A DNA stretch of 64,000 nucleotides, taken from NCBI RefSeq assembly GCF_018977255.1, contig NW_024704757.1, forward strand, positions 10,850,001 through 10,914,000, written 5' to 3'. The notes below the pieces were generated by a model. The model saw nothing but the letters and a program-made list of their open reading frames with translations, was not told the origin of the DNA and did no database searches. Shown here in pieces: positions 12,185 to 23,100 of the stretch (positions are counted from its first letter, which is position 1; every line of letters starts with the position of its first letter). This stretch comes from Callorhinchus milii. Taxonomy: Eukaryota. Both the position numbers and the translations under genes were made by a program.

Positions 12185-12415
12185 GGTGGGTGTCAGCCTG
12201 GCTCAGTCGGTAGCACTCACACCTCTGAATCAGAAGGTTGCGGGTTCAAGCTCCGGATCATAGATTTTGAACTCAACATAATCTAGGATGATACTCCAAT
12301 GCAGTGCTGCTGGTATGCTGCATTGTTGTAGGCGCTGTCTGCCTGCCTGCTCAGGTGGATGTTAAAGAACCCAGGCACTACTTAAAAGGAAAAGGGAGTT
12401 TCTCCCACTGTCCAA
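12185..12415 (+). mobile_element. Old SacSINE1/AmnSINE1-like DeuSINE, 5' half
   Basis: tRNA-like head ggctcagtcggtagcactc...tcagaaggttgcgggttcaag, then atctagg..atactccaatgcagtgct...ctcaggtggatgttaaaga. Similar decayed pieces lie near 2320, 12780-13140 (-), 16190, 36170-36480 (-) and 42820. Confidence 0.65.
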
Positions 12416-12652
12416 GGGCTGAGAATAACAAAATAACATTTGTATAGCGCCTTTCACGTCAGGAGGATGTCACAAGAAGGGCTAAATGAGATTTTACCAT
12501 CAGAATCTGGGCTGGTAGAGGATTGAGGGACCAATTGAGCCAGTTCATGTGGGAAATGAGAGGGGAAGACAGTTTTTATAGTACCTCTAACCAGGTCCTT
12601 CCCTTCCCCACCGCCCCCAAACGCTCTTTCTCCCCTTCATCGCTGCACTTAC

Positions 12653-12729
12653 TTTACAGGAGGAACCCAGGAGGCTACCATCTTGTTTCCAACACAAGCT
12701 CTGGATCTGGTCACCATGGTCTTCGAGAG
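12653..12729 (-). CDS. CORO7: Coronin-7 coding exon 6
   Basis: ag|(A)LEDHGDQIQSLCWKQDGSLLGSSCK|gtaagt, 77 nt, WD40 repeat. Confidence 0.94.
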
Positions 12730-13347
12730 CTGGCAGCAGACAAAAGGTTTCAGCATTATGTAATGATAATCTTTGCATTTTTATGCAGTGCCTTTTTATC
12801 TCATTATCAAAACATCCTGAAGTGCTTCATATGATTTACTGTAGTAAAGTGTAGTGACTAATTGGCAACGTACTACAAACGACCATGAAGTGAGTGACCA
12901 ATTTTATCTGGAGGATTGTTGGTCAGGACACCAAGAGAAACTTCCTTCCTTTTTTGAACAGTGTCATGGGCTCTTTAACATCTGCCTGGACAGACAGGTG
13001 GGACCTTGGTAAGAGTCTGAAGGATGATACTGCTGACAATACAACACAGCACGAGCACTGAAGTGGAGTGATAGTCTCGACTGTGAGCTCAAAGACCCAA
13101 TGTGGTGATCAAACCCACAGCCTTCTGGCTGATACCCTCACTCAGGCAGAGCAGGAGGAGGGAGCTAAAGCATGGTGCCTGGACAAGAGAGAATGTGCCT
13201 TGAAGGGCACAGATCAGCATCAAGGAATGAGAAACTAAAATGCCCACAGGCCCTGCTTTAGCGCACCAAGATTACACACAGGCCCCACTCTAAGGTAATG
13301 GTAGTGGATGAATGTTCATGCACAGGAAAGATTCATCCCACTCTCAC

Positions 13348-13525
13348 CTACGAAAGCTTTCTGTCGAGTCAGGTCCCAGACCTTGGCTGTATTGCCTGCT
13401 CCAGTGGTGAGTACACCATCTGCAGCGGGGTGGAAGAGCACACATTCAATCCTCACAGCTTCAGGCCCGAGGGTGACAACGGCCTCCGACTTTGCAGAAG
13501 ACCCAGAGAATCTCCAGAGTTTCAC
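13348..13525 (-). CDS. CORO7: Coronin-7 coding exon 5
   Basis: ag|VKLWRFSGSSAKSEAVVTLGPEAVRIECVLFHPAADGVLTTGAGNTAKVWDLTRQKAFV|gtgaga, 178 nt. Confidence 0.94.
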
Positions 13526-13766
13526 CTGACAATGAGAAATAGAGAGAGATGAGGAATGACAAAGACTCATTCACCAGCGTAGCCTCTAGCTCTCCACATT
13601 GCCCGCTCTCGATCTTTAAATCCCACTTTAAACCCTAGCTCTTCTATTGCGCCTATGATCACCTCCCCTTTCCTCCTCGCTCGGCTTCTAACCTCGCCAC
13701 TGTAAGATGCACCGAGATGTTATCCTATGCGAAGGGCCCAGGTTGTTATAAGAAAGAGGCACTTAC

Positions 13767-13837
13767 CGTCTCGTCAGCTGAGCACGTGGCCAACAGCCAA
13801 TCATCAAATGGGCAGAAGTCAAAATCTGTCACTGCAT
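13767..13837 (-). CDS. CORO7: Coronin-7 coding exon 4
   Basis: ag|(D)AVTDFDFCPFDDWLLATCSADET|gtaagt, 71 nt. Confidence 0.94.
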
Positions 13838-15002
13838 CTGTAACGAGAGAGATAAAATAATTATGTTTTTGATCAAGGTGAAGCAGTACATTTTGGGGAA
13901 AAAGAACAAAGCAAGGAGGTTTACCCAGAATGGTAACTTAATGATGCTGCTGAATAGGGGTGCAGATACATAGATCTTTACAATAACAAATTACATTTGT
14001 AATTTGCCTTTCACTTCGGGAGGATGTCCCAAGGTGCTGGACAATCAACGGTTTGTTCTTTAAAGGTGGGAGTGCAAGGAAAAGCCATTCAACACCCAGT
14101 AGAAAAATCCTTAAAAAGGTAAATGGATCCTGGGTTTATAATCTGGTCATTGAATCTAAACACAAAACAGTTAGTCTAACAGTTACATTTATCTACAACA
14201 CTGATTAGTCCACAAATATACAGTCTATTCACTTTACAGCATATTTTGTGAAGAGCTTTGGGACGTCTAGAAGACGTGAAAAGCGCTATATCAAATGCAA
14301 GGATTATTATTATTATCATAGTCAGCGGTTGTAACACAGAAAGGAAATCACGCAAGAAAAGGTTTCAGTGGAGATTCACAGAATGTTACTGTATCGGAGT
14401 CACAGGGATCTAATCAAGGTCTTCAAAATTCTGATAGATTGGCGAGAATAGTTAGTGAAAGATTATTCCTACTAGTTGGTGAATCAGAAACAATGGTATA
14501 AATTAAGAGCTGTCTCTGGAAGAATGTAGGGAAGGTTGGATGTATTGTAGCTTGAGTTACAACAGCAGCAATTAGAGGACAATTAGTAATTAGTGGGGTG
14601 GGCGGTGTCCCAGGGCATGAATCGAGCCACGAAAAACTACAGCATTATTCGAGGCTGGGGAATGATGGCAGGTGCCAGGCTGCGAGATAGCAGCAGGCAG
14701 GTTGTCAGGCTGGGGTGGCACGCAGAGTACCAGGTGGGTGGTGGCAGAAGTGCACTGGAAAACCGTAGCGCAGGGTGAGGGGGACAACGACGGGTGATGA
14801 ACAGGGCCACGTGCCCTGACGGTTGCACAGGTCTCTGCTGAAGACCCTTCTTTTCGACCGCGCCTTTGGTCACCTTCCCCCCTCCACCGGGCTCGCCCCC
14901 GGGATCCGAAACTGTAAAGCGCTCTGAGACGCCGTCTGGCGAGGAGGGTGCTATATAAATCCAAGTTATTGTAGTTGTTGTTGCACTGCTTCTCTTGCTT
15001 AC

Positions 15003-15077
15003 CTCCATGGCACGGAAGTTCAGACACCAGCTGCTGTTCCCGGTTTCCATTTTCTAGAGGCACAATTCCAAGACTTC
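15003..15077 (-). CDS. CORO7: Coronin-7 coding exon 3
   Basis: ag|(G)SLGIVPLENGNREQQLVSELPCHG|gtaagc, 75 nt. Confidence 0.92.
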
Positions 15078-15642
15078 CTGCTTGAGCACAGGATAGAAAA
15101 AGATTCTCAGAGCTCAGTCTGCTGAGACAAAGCAACATTCCACATTCAGGCTCAGTGTGGGTGTGGTGGGTATGTGTATGGTTGGAATCCCTCGCCCGAG
15201 CCCAATCCCACTCCCTTGCCTTCTTCCAAGGACCGTCTCAAGACTTTCCTCTTTGATCGTGTTTTTGGTCACCCTCTCTTGCCCTCCACCCCTCTTGCTT
15301 CCAATCCCCAGCTCGGGTGCAAATCCCTATCTGTTATTGTTGTATGTGTGCTCTAAATGTCTCACCCTTATGCTGGAGGAGTGGGGTGTGTGGGAGTGGC
15401 ATAATCCAATGCCTCACACTCAGCGTGGGCACTTGTGGGCTCATGAAAGCTCTACTATGTTATTAGCTTATTAATATACATACACCCCTTCATTTTATTA
15501 GTTTTCAGCACAACCATTTCCATCTGTATTTCATGGTTAACATGAGCAAAACAGTCACCCATGCACATACGTACTTACCTGGCCCTCTCTACTCACTTAC
15601 CCTGACCTGGGCTGCCACACTCTCTCTCTTACGTACACATAC

Positions 15643-15739
15643 CTGGGTTGCTTGTACTAAAGGCGATGAGGGTGCTGCTTGATTTGATGTGGTTGCTGCA
15701 TGAAGGAGCAGGGGCTGCTCTGATGTCAGTGATCCAGGC
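15643..15739 (-). CDS. CORO7: Coronin-7 coding exon 2
   Basis: ag|AWITDIRAAPAPSCSNHIKSSSTLIAFSTSNP|gtatgt, 97 nt. Confidence 0.93.
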
Positions 15740-17209
15740 CTGCAGACCAAATTACAGAACCATGACACCCTCCTCCTATTAGCATCATTCTGTCTCACAT
15801 CAAATCATAATCCTCTCTCTCTCTTCCTTGTTGTATGCTGTGACTGCTTTCTCTGTACCCTATGACTGTCGTCCATCTGTCTGTACCCCATGACTCACAG
15901 TATATCTGTCTAAGACTCTAATCTCATTCTCTCTCTATATCGGGTCACTTTCTAGTCTATTGCTCTCTGACTAGCTAACCAGCTGTGAGTTCAGTCCCGT
16001 ATATATGTATTCAGGAAGTTTCTTCAAAAACACACACTTTACTGATGTTCACATGTTGTAGTTTTCAGAATTAATGTAACTAGATCTGGAATCTATCTGT
16101 AGCTTTCAGATTATGGTAAGCAGAATTATAAAGCGTTAGTTTGCCTTAGCTGCCTCCAGCTGAAAAAAAAAATGTGTAGGAATTCAGCTCACACTCCAGT
16201 GTAGTGCTGGGAGAACACTGCAATTTTAGAGGTACCATCCTTCAGGCGAGACATTAAAACAAGATCTCATCTGCCTGTTTAAAGGTCCTATAATACTTGT
16301 AAAGAGAAGTTTTTCTCAGTGCCCTGGCCAACAATCCTCCACGTAAATTGGTCAATCACCAACTTGTAGAACTTTGCTGTGCATAAATTTCCCGCAGTTC
16401 CTTCCACAGTCACTACACTTGTCAACAATTCCCTGTCAAGCCACAATGAGGTGAATGATCAATTTATCTGTTAAATTGTGGGCAGGACAAGATGGGTCAA
16501 AGCAAAGCACGGCCCAATCCCTGCTATTGCAAACTGTAATTTCCTCTCTCTGTATCTCACAGGCAAAGAGGCAGCAGTTAGCAACCAAAGAGACAGGAAG
16601 GATGTGGTCAACTCCTCACAGCAAAGCCAACTCTCTTCTTGAATAAGGAACAAAAAACAACATCTTGGACGTATGTAGTGCCTCTGCATTAGCTGATCAC
16701 ATCAAATCCATACGCAGGGAATTAACATCAGCGTGGTGTAGTGCGGTGCGGTAATCTGGGTTACACTGCAAAACAACCTGGTTCCTATCCATCACTATCA
16801 GGAGCTGTGACTATTCGCTCGCTGCCTGCAACCCATACTCGCAAAGCACCTGTCCCATCGCTCACGGTGAACACAGTCTCAAAGTACAGGCCCTCTGCGG
16901 CAATACAATAGACAAAATTACATTGGTATAGCGCCTTTCACGCCGGGAGGACAATGCGTCCAGTGGGGAAACAGGTTTAGGGCAAAGAGCTGAGGAGACA
17001 TCCCATCCGGCAGTCAGGAAGCACAGGACTCAAAATGCACCAAGAACCTTGTCACAACACATCCTCAGCAACACCCATCCCTGTAATCATCTCAGTCATT
17101 GTGCCCCTCCTCAGTCCCTCCACCCTATGCCTCCTTTCCCACCCTAATCCTCTCCGGCTCGGACTCCACATCCACGTCTGACCCTGACCCAACCACTCCT
17201 CCCCCAGGT

Positions 17210-17475
17210 TGACCCCTCTCCACAGCCATGACCCCCTCTCCACAGCCATGACCCCCTCTCCACAGCCATGACCCCCTCTCCACAGCCATGACCCCCTCTC
17301 CACAGCCATGACCCCCTCTCCACAGCCATGACCCCCTCTCCACAGCCATGACCCCCTCTCCACAGCCATGACCCCTCTCCACAGCCATGACCCCCTCTCC
17401 ACAGCCATGACCCCCTCTCCACAGCCATGACCCCCCCTTCCACAGCCATGACCTTTCTTCCCCACAGCCGTAACC
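17210..17475. repeat. 20-bp minisatellite (tgaccccctctccacagcca), about 12 copies
   Basis: Near-perfect tandem units read directly, in CORO7 intron 1. Confidence 0.93.
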
Positions 17476-17519
17476 GCTCTCCCCCTGTCCTGTTTCCTTC
17501 CCCTTCCCCCACATGACCC

Positions 17520-17850
17520 CTCTGCCCTGAGCCCCGACCCGCCTCCCCCCACCCTGAGCCCCGACACTCCTACCCCCACCCAGCCCCGATTCCCCCTCCC
17601 CCCCAGCCCCGACCCACCTCCCCCACCCTGAGCCCCGACCCTTCCCCCCACCCAGCCCCGATCCCCCACCCTGAGCCCCGACCCTTCCCCCCACCCAGCC
17701 CCGATCCCCCACCCTGAGCCCCGACCCACCTGCCCCCAGCCCCGACCCCCCCAAGGTTAGCCCCCCCCCCAGGTTAGCCCCTCTCCCCCCCCCCCCCAAG
17801 GTTAGCCCCTCCCCCCAGGTTAGCCCCTCCCCCCCCCTGAGCCTTGACCC
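17520..17850. repeat. C-rich degenerate tandem arrays (ctgagccccgacc... and aggttagccccc...)
   Basis: Direct reading. G-rich on the CORO7 sense strand. Confidence 0.8.
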
Positions 17851-17959
17851 CCTCTTGTCTTCCCTCAGGTCCGGGCGGTCCCTGTTCAGAGCGCTGTTGC
17901 AGTGACCGGGAGCCGCTCTGTCGCCCTCGGGCTGAGCGCTCACTCACTCACTCACTCAC

Positions 17960-18019
17960 CGCCCGCGGCGGGACCTGCGCCGCCGTGTTCCTGAATTTGG
18001 AGACTCTGAAGCGGTTCAT
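17960..18019 (-). CDS. CORO7: Coronin-7 coding exon 1
   Basis: gcggccATG start, MNRFRVSKFRNTAAQVPPRA|gtgagt, 60 nt, in a CpG-rich stretch. Matches the recalled CORO7 N-terminus MNRFRVSKFR. Confidence 0.95.
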
Positions 18020-18215
18020 GGCCGCTGTGTCTCCGGCGACTGAGCGGCTCCGCCAACGGCGATGGCTTCCGACAGCGACTGTTCAGCCTCAGCGTGTGGG
18101 TCCCCGACAGCAGCGATCGCTCCGTCAGCGATTATTGGGACTGACTCCCCCCCACATGTCAATCACAGCACAAGCCCCGCCCCCCAGGTGACAACTCTCA
18201 TCACTGCCCCTGAGG

Positions 18216-18671
18216 NNNNNNNNNNNNNNNNNNNNNNNNNNNNNNNNNNNNNNNNNNNNNNNNNNNNNNNNNNNNNNNNNNNNNNNNNNNNNNNNNNNNN
18301 NNNNNNNNNNNNNNNNNNNNNNNNNNNNNNNNNNNNNNNNNNNNNNNNNNNNNNNNNNNNNNNNNNNNNNNNNNNNNNNNNNNNNNNNNNNNNNNNNNNN
18401 NNNNNNNNNNNNNNNNNNNNNNNNNNNNNNNNNNNNNNNNNNNNNNNNNNNNNNNNNNNNNNNNNNNNNNNNNNNNNNNNNNNNNNNNNNNNNNNNNNNN
18501 NNNNNNNNNNNNNNNNNNNNNNNNNNNNNNNNNNNNNNNNNNNNNNNNNNNNNNNNNNNNNNNNNNNNNNNNNNNNNNNNNNNNNNNNNNNNNNNNNNNN
18601 NNNNNNNNNNNNNNNNNNNNNNNNNNNNNNNNNNNNNNNNNNNNNNNNNNNNNNNNNNNNNNNNNNNNNNN
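18216..18671. other. Assembly gap (456 N) in the CORO7 upstream/promoter region
   Basis: Run of N. Confidence 0.99.
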
Positions 18672-18977
18672 NGAGGGGGCACAGTGAGCGATTCGGAAGC
18701 CACAAGACCAGATTCCACAGTGTCTCGTGCTCCGAGTTCGAGTCACGTTTGGCAGAGCCTTCCCTGGAACAGTAGGAACTTGTATTTGTGTAGCGCCTCG
18801 AGTCAAGTCCAAACACATCTCAAAATGCTTCTCACGCGATGGGTCGTGGAAATCTGAAACTCCTTCCCCTCAGAAGCTAATTGCTACCGATCCCTTTGCG
18901 GATAAGTAGACAGTACAGATATTTGGAGATCAAGCAGAATATAAGTTAACTACAGCCACACTAAAAAAAAAGTTATA

Positions 18978-19347
18978 CTATAATAATAAATAATAATCCT
19001 TGCATTTGGTAGAACACTTTTCACGTCCTCTAGATGTCTCAATGCGCTTCACAGAATATACTGTAAAGTGAATTGACTGTATATTTGTGAAACGGGGCAA
19101 CGAATTGCACACAGCAGTGTCCCACAAGCAGTCGTAGATTGAGTGACCAAATTTTTTTTTAAGCATTATTAACCCCAGAAAAGCAATCCGCCAATCGACT
19201 AACAACAGGATTCCTAGTTACTACTGGGTTACCAAAGGCGCATGGAGTAAGGAAAGTTGACCAACATTTCACCCTGCCAGTAATAGAACCCAGATCTCTC
19301 ACTTGCAAGGTGAGTGGTGAGTGCTCTAACCACTGAGCTACAGGACT
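18978..19347 (-). mobile_element. tRNA-derived Deu-type SINE, near full length
   Basis: On the minus strand: head gtcctgtagctcagtggttagagcac, Deu-like core, L2-like tail and (TTA)n. Confidence 0.85.
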
Positions 19348-21379
19348 AAATATCTGGACTGTTAACAGTATCAGGGCTTCCAGTTGGATAAGAGATAACG
19401 GAGGCACTCACTTTTGATTTTAATGCTTTGTACCGTGACAGATCCATATAAAGAAGGATAATTCGAAACATTGATATTAAACAATCTCTGAAAGTGTGCC
19501 ACAACACTTTTGTTTTCAAACTCACTTGTACCAAATCCCCATTCTGGCAAATCAGATTTCTGTAAGTCTGCATTATGCATAGCGAGGATAAATAGTCAAC
19601 CTTTAAATCCCCCTTTTCAATTTCCTCCATGCTTTTGTGTGGTACTGTCTGTATAATCCATAATTTACAATTTAAAATAATATTTTTCCAAAGTCCAGCT
19701 CTATTGAACTCTATATACATACACACAGTCGCACACATACAGACTTCATTTTGTGCATTTGGGAGTGTTGTCTCTTCTAGTTTCTGAACAGTCCAGCTCC
19801 CTTCAGGGTTGTGGGACGTCCTCCCGACGTGAAAAGCGCTATATCAAATGCAAGGATTATTATTATTATTATTTGGTGCTGGTTCATGTGTGCAGGTTAC
19901 TATCATTATAGTATTGGTATGTGCCACACCTCTTGCTAATCTCTCTCTCTGAGAGTGTCTTTAACTTTCTATCTCTGTCTGCAACCCACGATTTCAAGAT
20001 GTAAAAATACTTACCTTCTCCACCAACAAAAAAGCATGTTACTGAATATTGTGAAGTTGCTCATGAAGTTGCTCGGCTTCTGTAACCCAAAATGTAGCGT
20101 GCAGTTTAGTACATGTGCAAAACACTTTATTTATGCTGGTACCTTGCAGGCTCGCAAATCGGAGTACCGTGTGGATGAACAGACATGCAGATACATTGGC
20201 GTTCACTGTAATATATAATGTAAAGGAGTGTGAGCCTATTACTATGAGCTCAAGCCTTGACACTGGACTTGAACCAAAATTTGCTGACCCAAAAGCGTGA
20301 TTGCCAGCAATTGAGCCAAACTGAAACCCAGTAGGTATCAGTAAGGGAGAAATATCCTGCAGTGCACAGTGGCCTGGCCTGAATACAGCAAGTGCTAGAG
20401 GTCAGTGAAAAGGTAAACTCAAGTAAAAGTAAAAGAAAAAATAGGCAACAGGAGAGGAAAGAGAGAGAAAGGCTGGGGGTTGTAGAGAGAGAGAGCATAT
20501 TGGAAAAACACAAAGTAACTAAAATAGTAATCCTTACATCATTTGACTACAGTATCAACTGTAAGAAACCTTCTAAGAAACTAAGAACACTTCTGAGAAA
20601 GGAAAGCAGGGAGTACAGTCTGATTAATAAAAAGAGGGCAAGAAGAATAAAGAGAGAATGAACCAAAAAACATATGCGATAGAAAGAGATAAAATGAATA
20701 GGAACAAGTGGGTCTGAGGAGTATATAAAGTAAGACATAAAGTGTATGAATCTAGAGACCAGAATAGCGTTGAGAAGGAACTTTATTTTAACCTTCTCTT
20801 CATGCACTGTCACCTACTGGAGTGAGTGAAACTGCCTGTAAGAGGAACAGAGACTGTAAAACCAGGCTAGCTATCCAGTATTGACTGAGTTGTTACCCAT
20901 TAACTGGAGGAGCTCCTGCAGCAGAATATGACAACACACAAGTTCTTGCAACTTTCAAAGTCACTTCTCCCAATTTTCACTTTGGCCATTTCCACATCAT
21001 TGTTTGAGTGATTTTAGAGGAACCCTTCATACTTTCTGTCTGAATAATAATAATCCTTATATTCGGTATAGCGCCTTAGGTAAATGTGAAATGACAACAT
21101 GCCTATATTGCACTGAGGCAGATGCTTGGGGTCTCTCCAATCTATATATCAAATGGAAAAATGGCTGCACGTTCTCCTACAAATGCAACATCAATAAATT
21201 TGAATTGTGCTTTATTTCAAATACCTGTGAATTGCTTTGTGATGTTTTGACATTCTAAGTTCTTTTATTAAGTGCAAAGATATTATAACCGCATGTATTC
21301 CACGTGCATTGTAATAATACAAGTGCTGGATGCTGAAAGCACGAAAAGCATGGAACAGCCATGAAGTGACCAAGAAAGG

Positions 21380-21489
21380 TCACAGAATCATCGAATCATG
21401 AAGGCGGCCATTTGGCCCATCGTGTCTGTGCCGGCTCTTTGAAAAGAGCTATCCAATTCAATCCCACTCCTCCACACTCTCCCCATAGC
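21380..21489 (-). mobile_element. CR1-type 3' tail
   Basis: gaatcatgaaggcggccatttggcccatcgtgtctgtgccggctcttt is the reverse complement of the tail at 22990-23100. Confidence 0.65.
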
Positions 21490-21872
21490 GTGGAGTCCTG
21501 CAGCTCAGTGGTTAGAGCGCTCGCCTTGCAAGCGAGACACCTGGGTTCAATTCCAGGCAGAGGGCGAAACCTCGGGCAAGTTTCCTTACTCCGCACCGCC
21601 TAACAATAATAATCCCTCCAAAAAACAAAAACAGCGATAAACTGGGTCATTTTCAATCCGCGACGACTGTTTGCGGGACGCCGCTGCGCGCAACTGGCTG
21701 CCGCGTTTCGCCCTCCCCGTCCCCCCCCCCCCACCCCCCCCAAAAAAAAAAAATACACGGTCAGTTCACTTTACGGCGTAGTCGGCGAAGCGCTCGGAGA
21801 CGTCTCGAAGCCGTGAAAAGCGCTGTAATCCAATGCGAGGATTATTACATATTATTATTATTATTATTATTA
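21490..21872 (+). mobile_element. tRNA(Ala-TGC-like)-derived Deu-type SINE, full length
   Basis: A box agctcagtgg, anticodon-like arm ctcgc-cttgcaa-gcgag, B box ggttcaattcc, Deu-like core gctgcgcgcaactggctgccgcg, L2-like tail and (TTA)n. Confidence 0.88.
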
Positions 21873-22038
21873 TAGCCTTTGCAAACTTGTCTTGCCCAGA
21901 CAGGATCAGTTACCAACACTATATATAAAAAAAAGGGGGGGGGGTGGGGGAGAATATGATAACTCCTGAATAAATAAACCTGTAGTGCAGACAGTGCAGT
22001 GATGAACTGTACCATATGGGACTGACTGAGAGCCCTCA

Positions 22039-22190
22039 GCGCAGGCGCAGTGGGCGGCAGTCGGGAGGCGCAGGCGCAGTGGGTGGCAGTCGGGAGGCGC
22101 AGGCGCAGTGGGCGGCAGTCGGGAGGCGCAGGCGCAGTGGGCGGGAAGGGAGGGAGGGAGGGGGGGGAGTAACAAGATGGCGGCCGCCGC
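22039..22190 (+). promoter_or_regulatory. DNAJA3 CpG-island promoter: 29-bp tandem repeat with NRF1-like and GC-box motifs, and a YY1 motif over the ATG
   Basis: gcgcaggcgcagtgggcggcagtcgggag repeated about 3.6 times (22039-22144). caagatggcggc spans ATG 22177. Confidence 0.7.
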
Positions 22191-22375
22191 TCGCTGTTAC
22201 TCGCGTCTGTTGTCGGCCACCCGCGGCCCGGCCGCGCTGCTCGACACCGGGGCGGCTCTGCGGCCGCTCCGGTCCCGCACCGTATGTACTTTATTCGGGA
22301 AAAGCCACGGCCCGGGCTCTGCTGGGGGCCTGGGGGGGTTGAGGCTGGGCCCGGAGCCGCGCCTCAGGCTGTCAG
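22177..22375 (+). CDS. DNAJA3: DnaJ homolog subfamily A member 3 (Tid1) exon 1, mitochondrial targeting peptide
   Basis: aagATGg start, Arg-rich and acid-poor MAAAARCYSRLLSATRG...RLRLS|gtaac, 199 nt, phase 1. Confidence 0.9.
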
Positions 22376-22724
22376 GTAACCGGCACGTGTGGACGTCAGA
22401 GCCGTCAGGGGCTTCAGTAACGACCGTTCGACATCACCGCGCCTGTAAATGTCGGGAGGGCTGTCTCGGGAGCACCTTCACACAAATTCACCTCAGCCGC
22501 GAGGGACGGTATTTTCACCCACCAAATACACAGTCACTACACTCCACCGTGCATTCTGTGAAGCGCTTTGAGCGATGTCTCAACGATGCGATAAGGCGCT
22601 GCATCAAATGCAAGGATTATTATAATTATTATTATTATTATATGTTCTACACGGACCTTTTTAACCTATTTCAGTTCGGCCGCAATGGCCGCAACGGCCG
22701 CTTTGGCAAAATGATTAGAGCACA

Positions 22725-22885
22725 GTAATAATAATAATAATAATAATCCTTGCATTTGATATAGCGCTTTTCACGTCGGGAGGACATCCCAAAGCGCTTC
22801 ACAGAACACACTGTAAAGTGAATTGACTGTATATTTGTGGGCGAACGCGGCAGCCAATTGCGCACAGCAATGTCCCACAAACAGT
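22725..22885 (-). mobile_element. 5'-truncated young SINE
   Basis: Nearly identical to 38430-38590. Confidence 0.85.
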
Positions 22886-22889
22886 CTTC

Positions 22890-23100
22890 CAGTTTAGGTG
22901 TAATGGGTCAGACTCCCCCGGAAAGGGCGGTGGAAGACGATTCGCTCACAACTTTTAAGAGAGAAGTAGATAATTATTTGGGCAGGACAAGTTCGCAGGG
23001 CTATGGGGAGAGCGGGATTGATTTGGGTAGCTGTTTTCAAAGAGTCGGCACAGACACAGCGGGCTGACTGGCCTCCTCCTGTGCTATGATTCTATGAAGT
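22890..23100 (+). mobile_element. CR1-type LINE 3' end
   Basis: Frame reads PERAVEDDSLTTFKREVDNYLGRTSSQGYGE, followed by the tail ggcctcctcctgtgctatgattctatga. Confidence 0.75.

Noticed and set aside
17052-17943. Long Gly-rich ORFs (225-272 aa) on the minus strand
   Set aside because: They are translations of G-rich minisatellites in CORO7 intron 1.
18062-18818. ORFs spanning poly-X
   Set aside because: Artefacts of the N gap.
21490-21566. Apparent tRNA-Ala(TGC) genes (also at 43235, 38690 and 19270)
   Set aside because: The acceptor stem does not pair properly, and each continues into a SINE body and L2-like tail.
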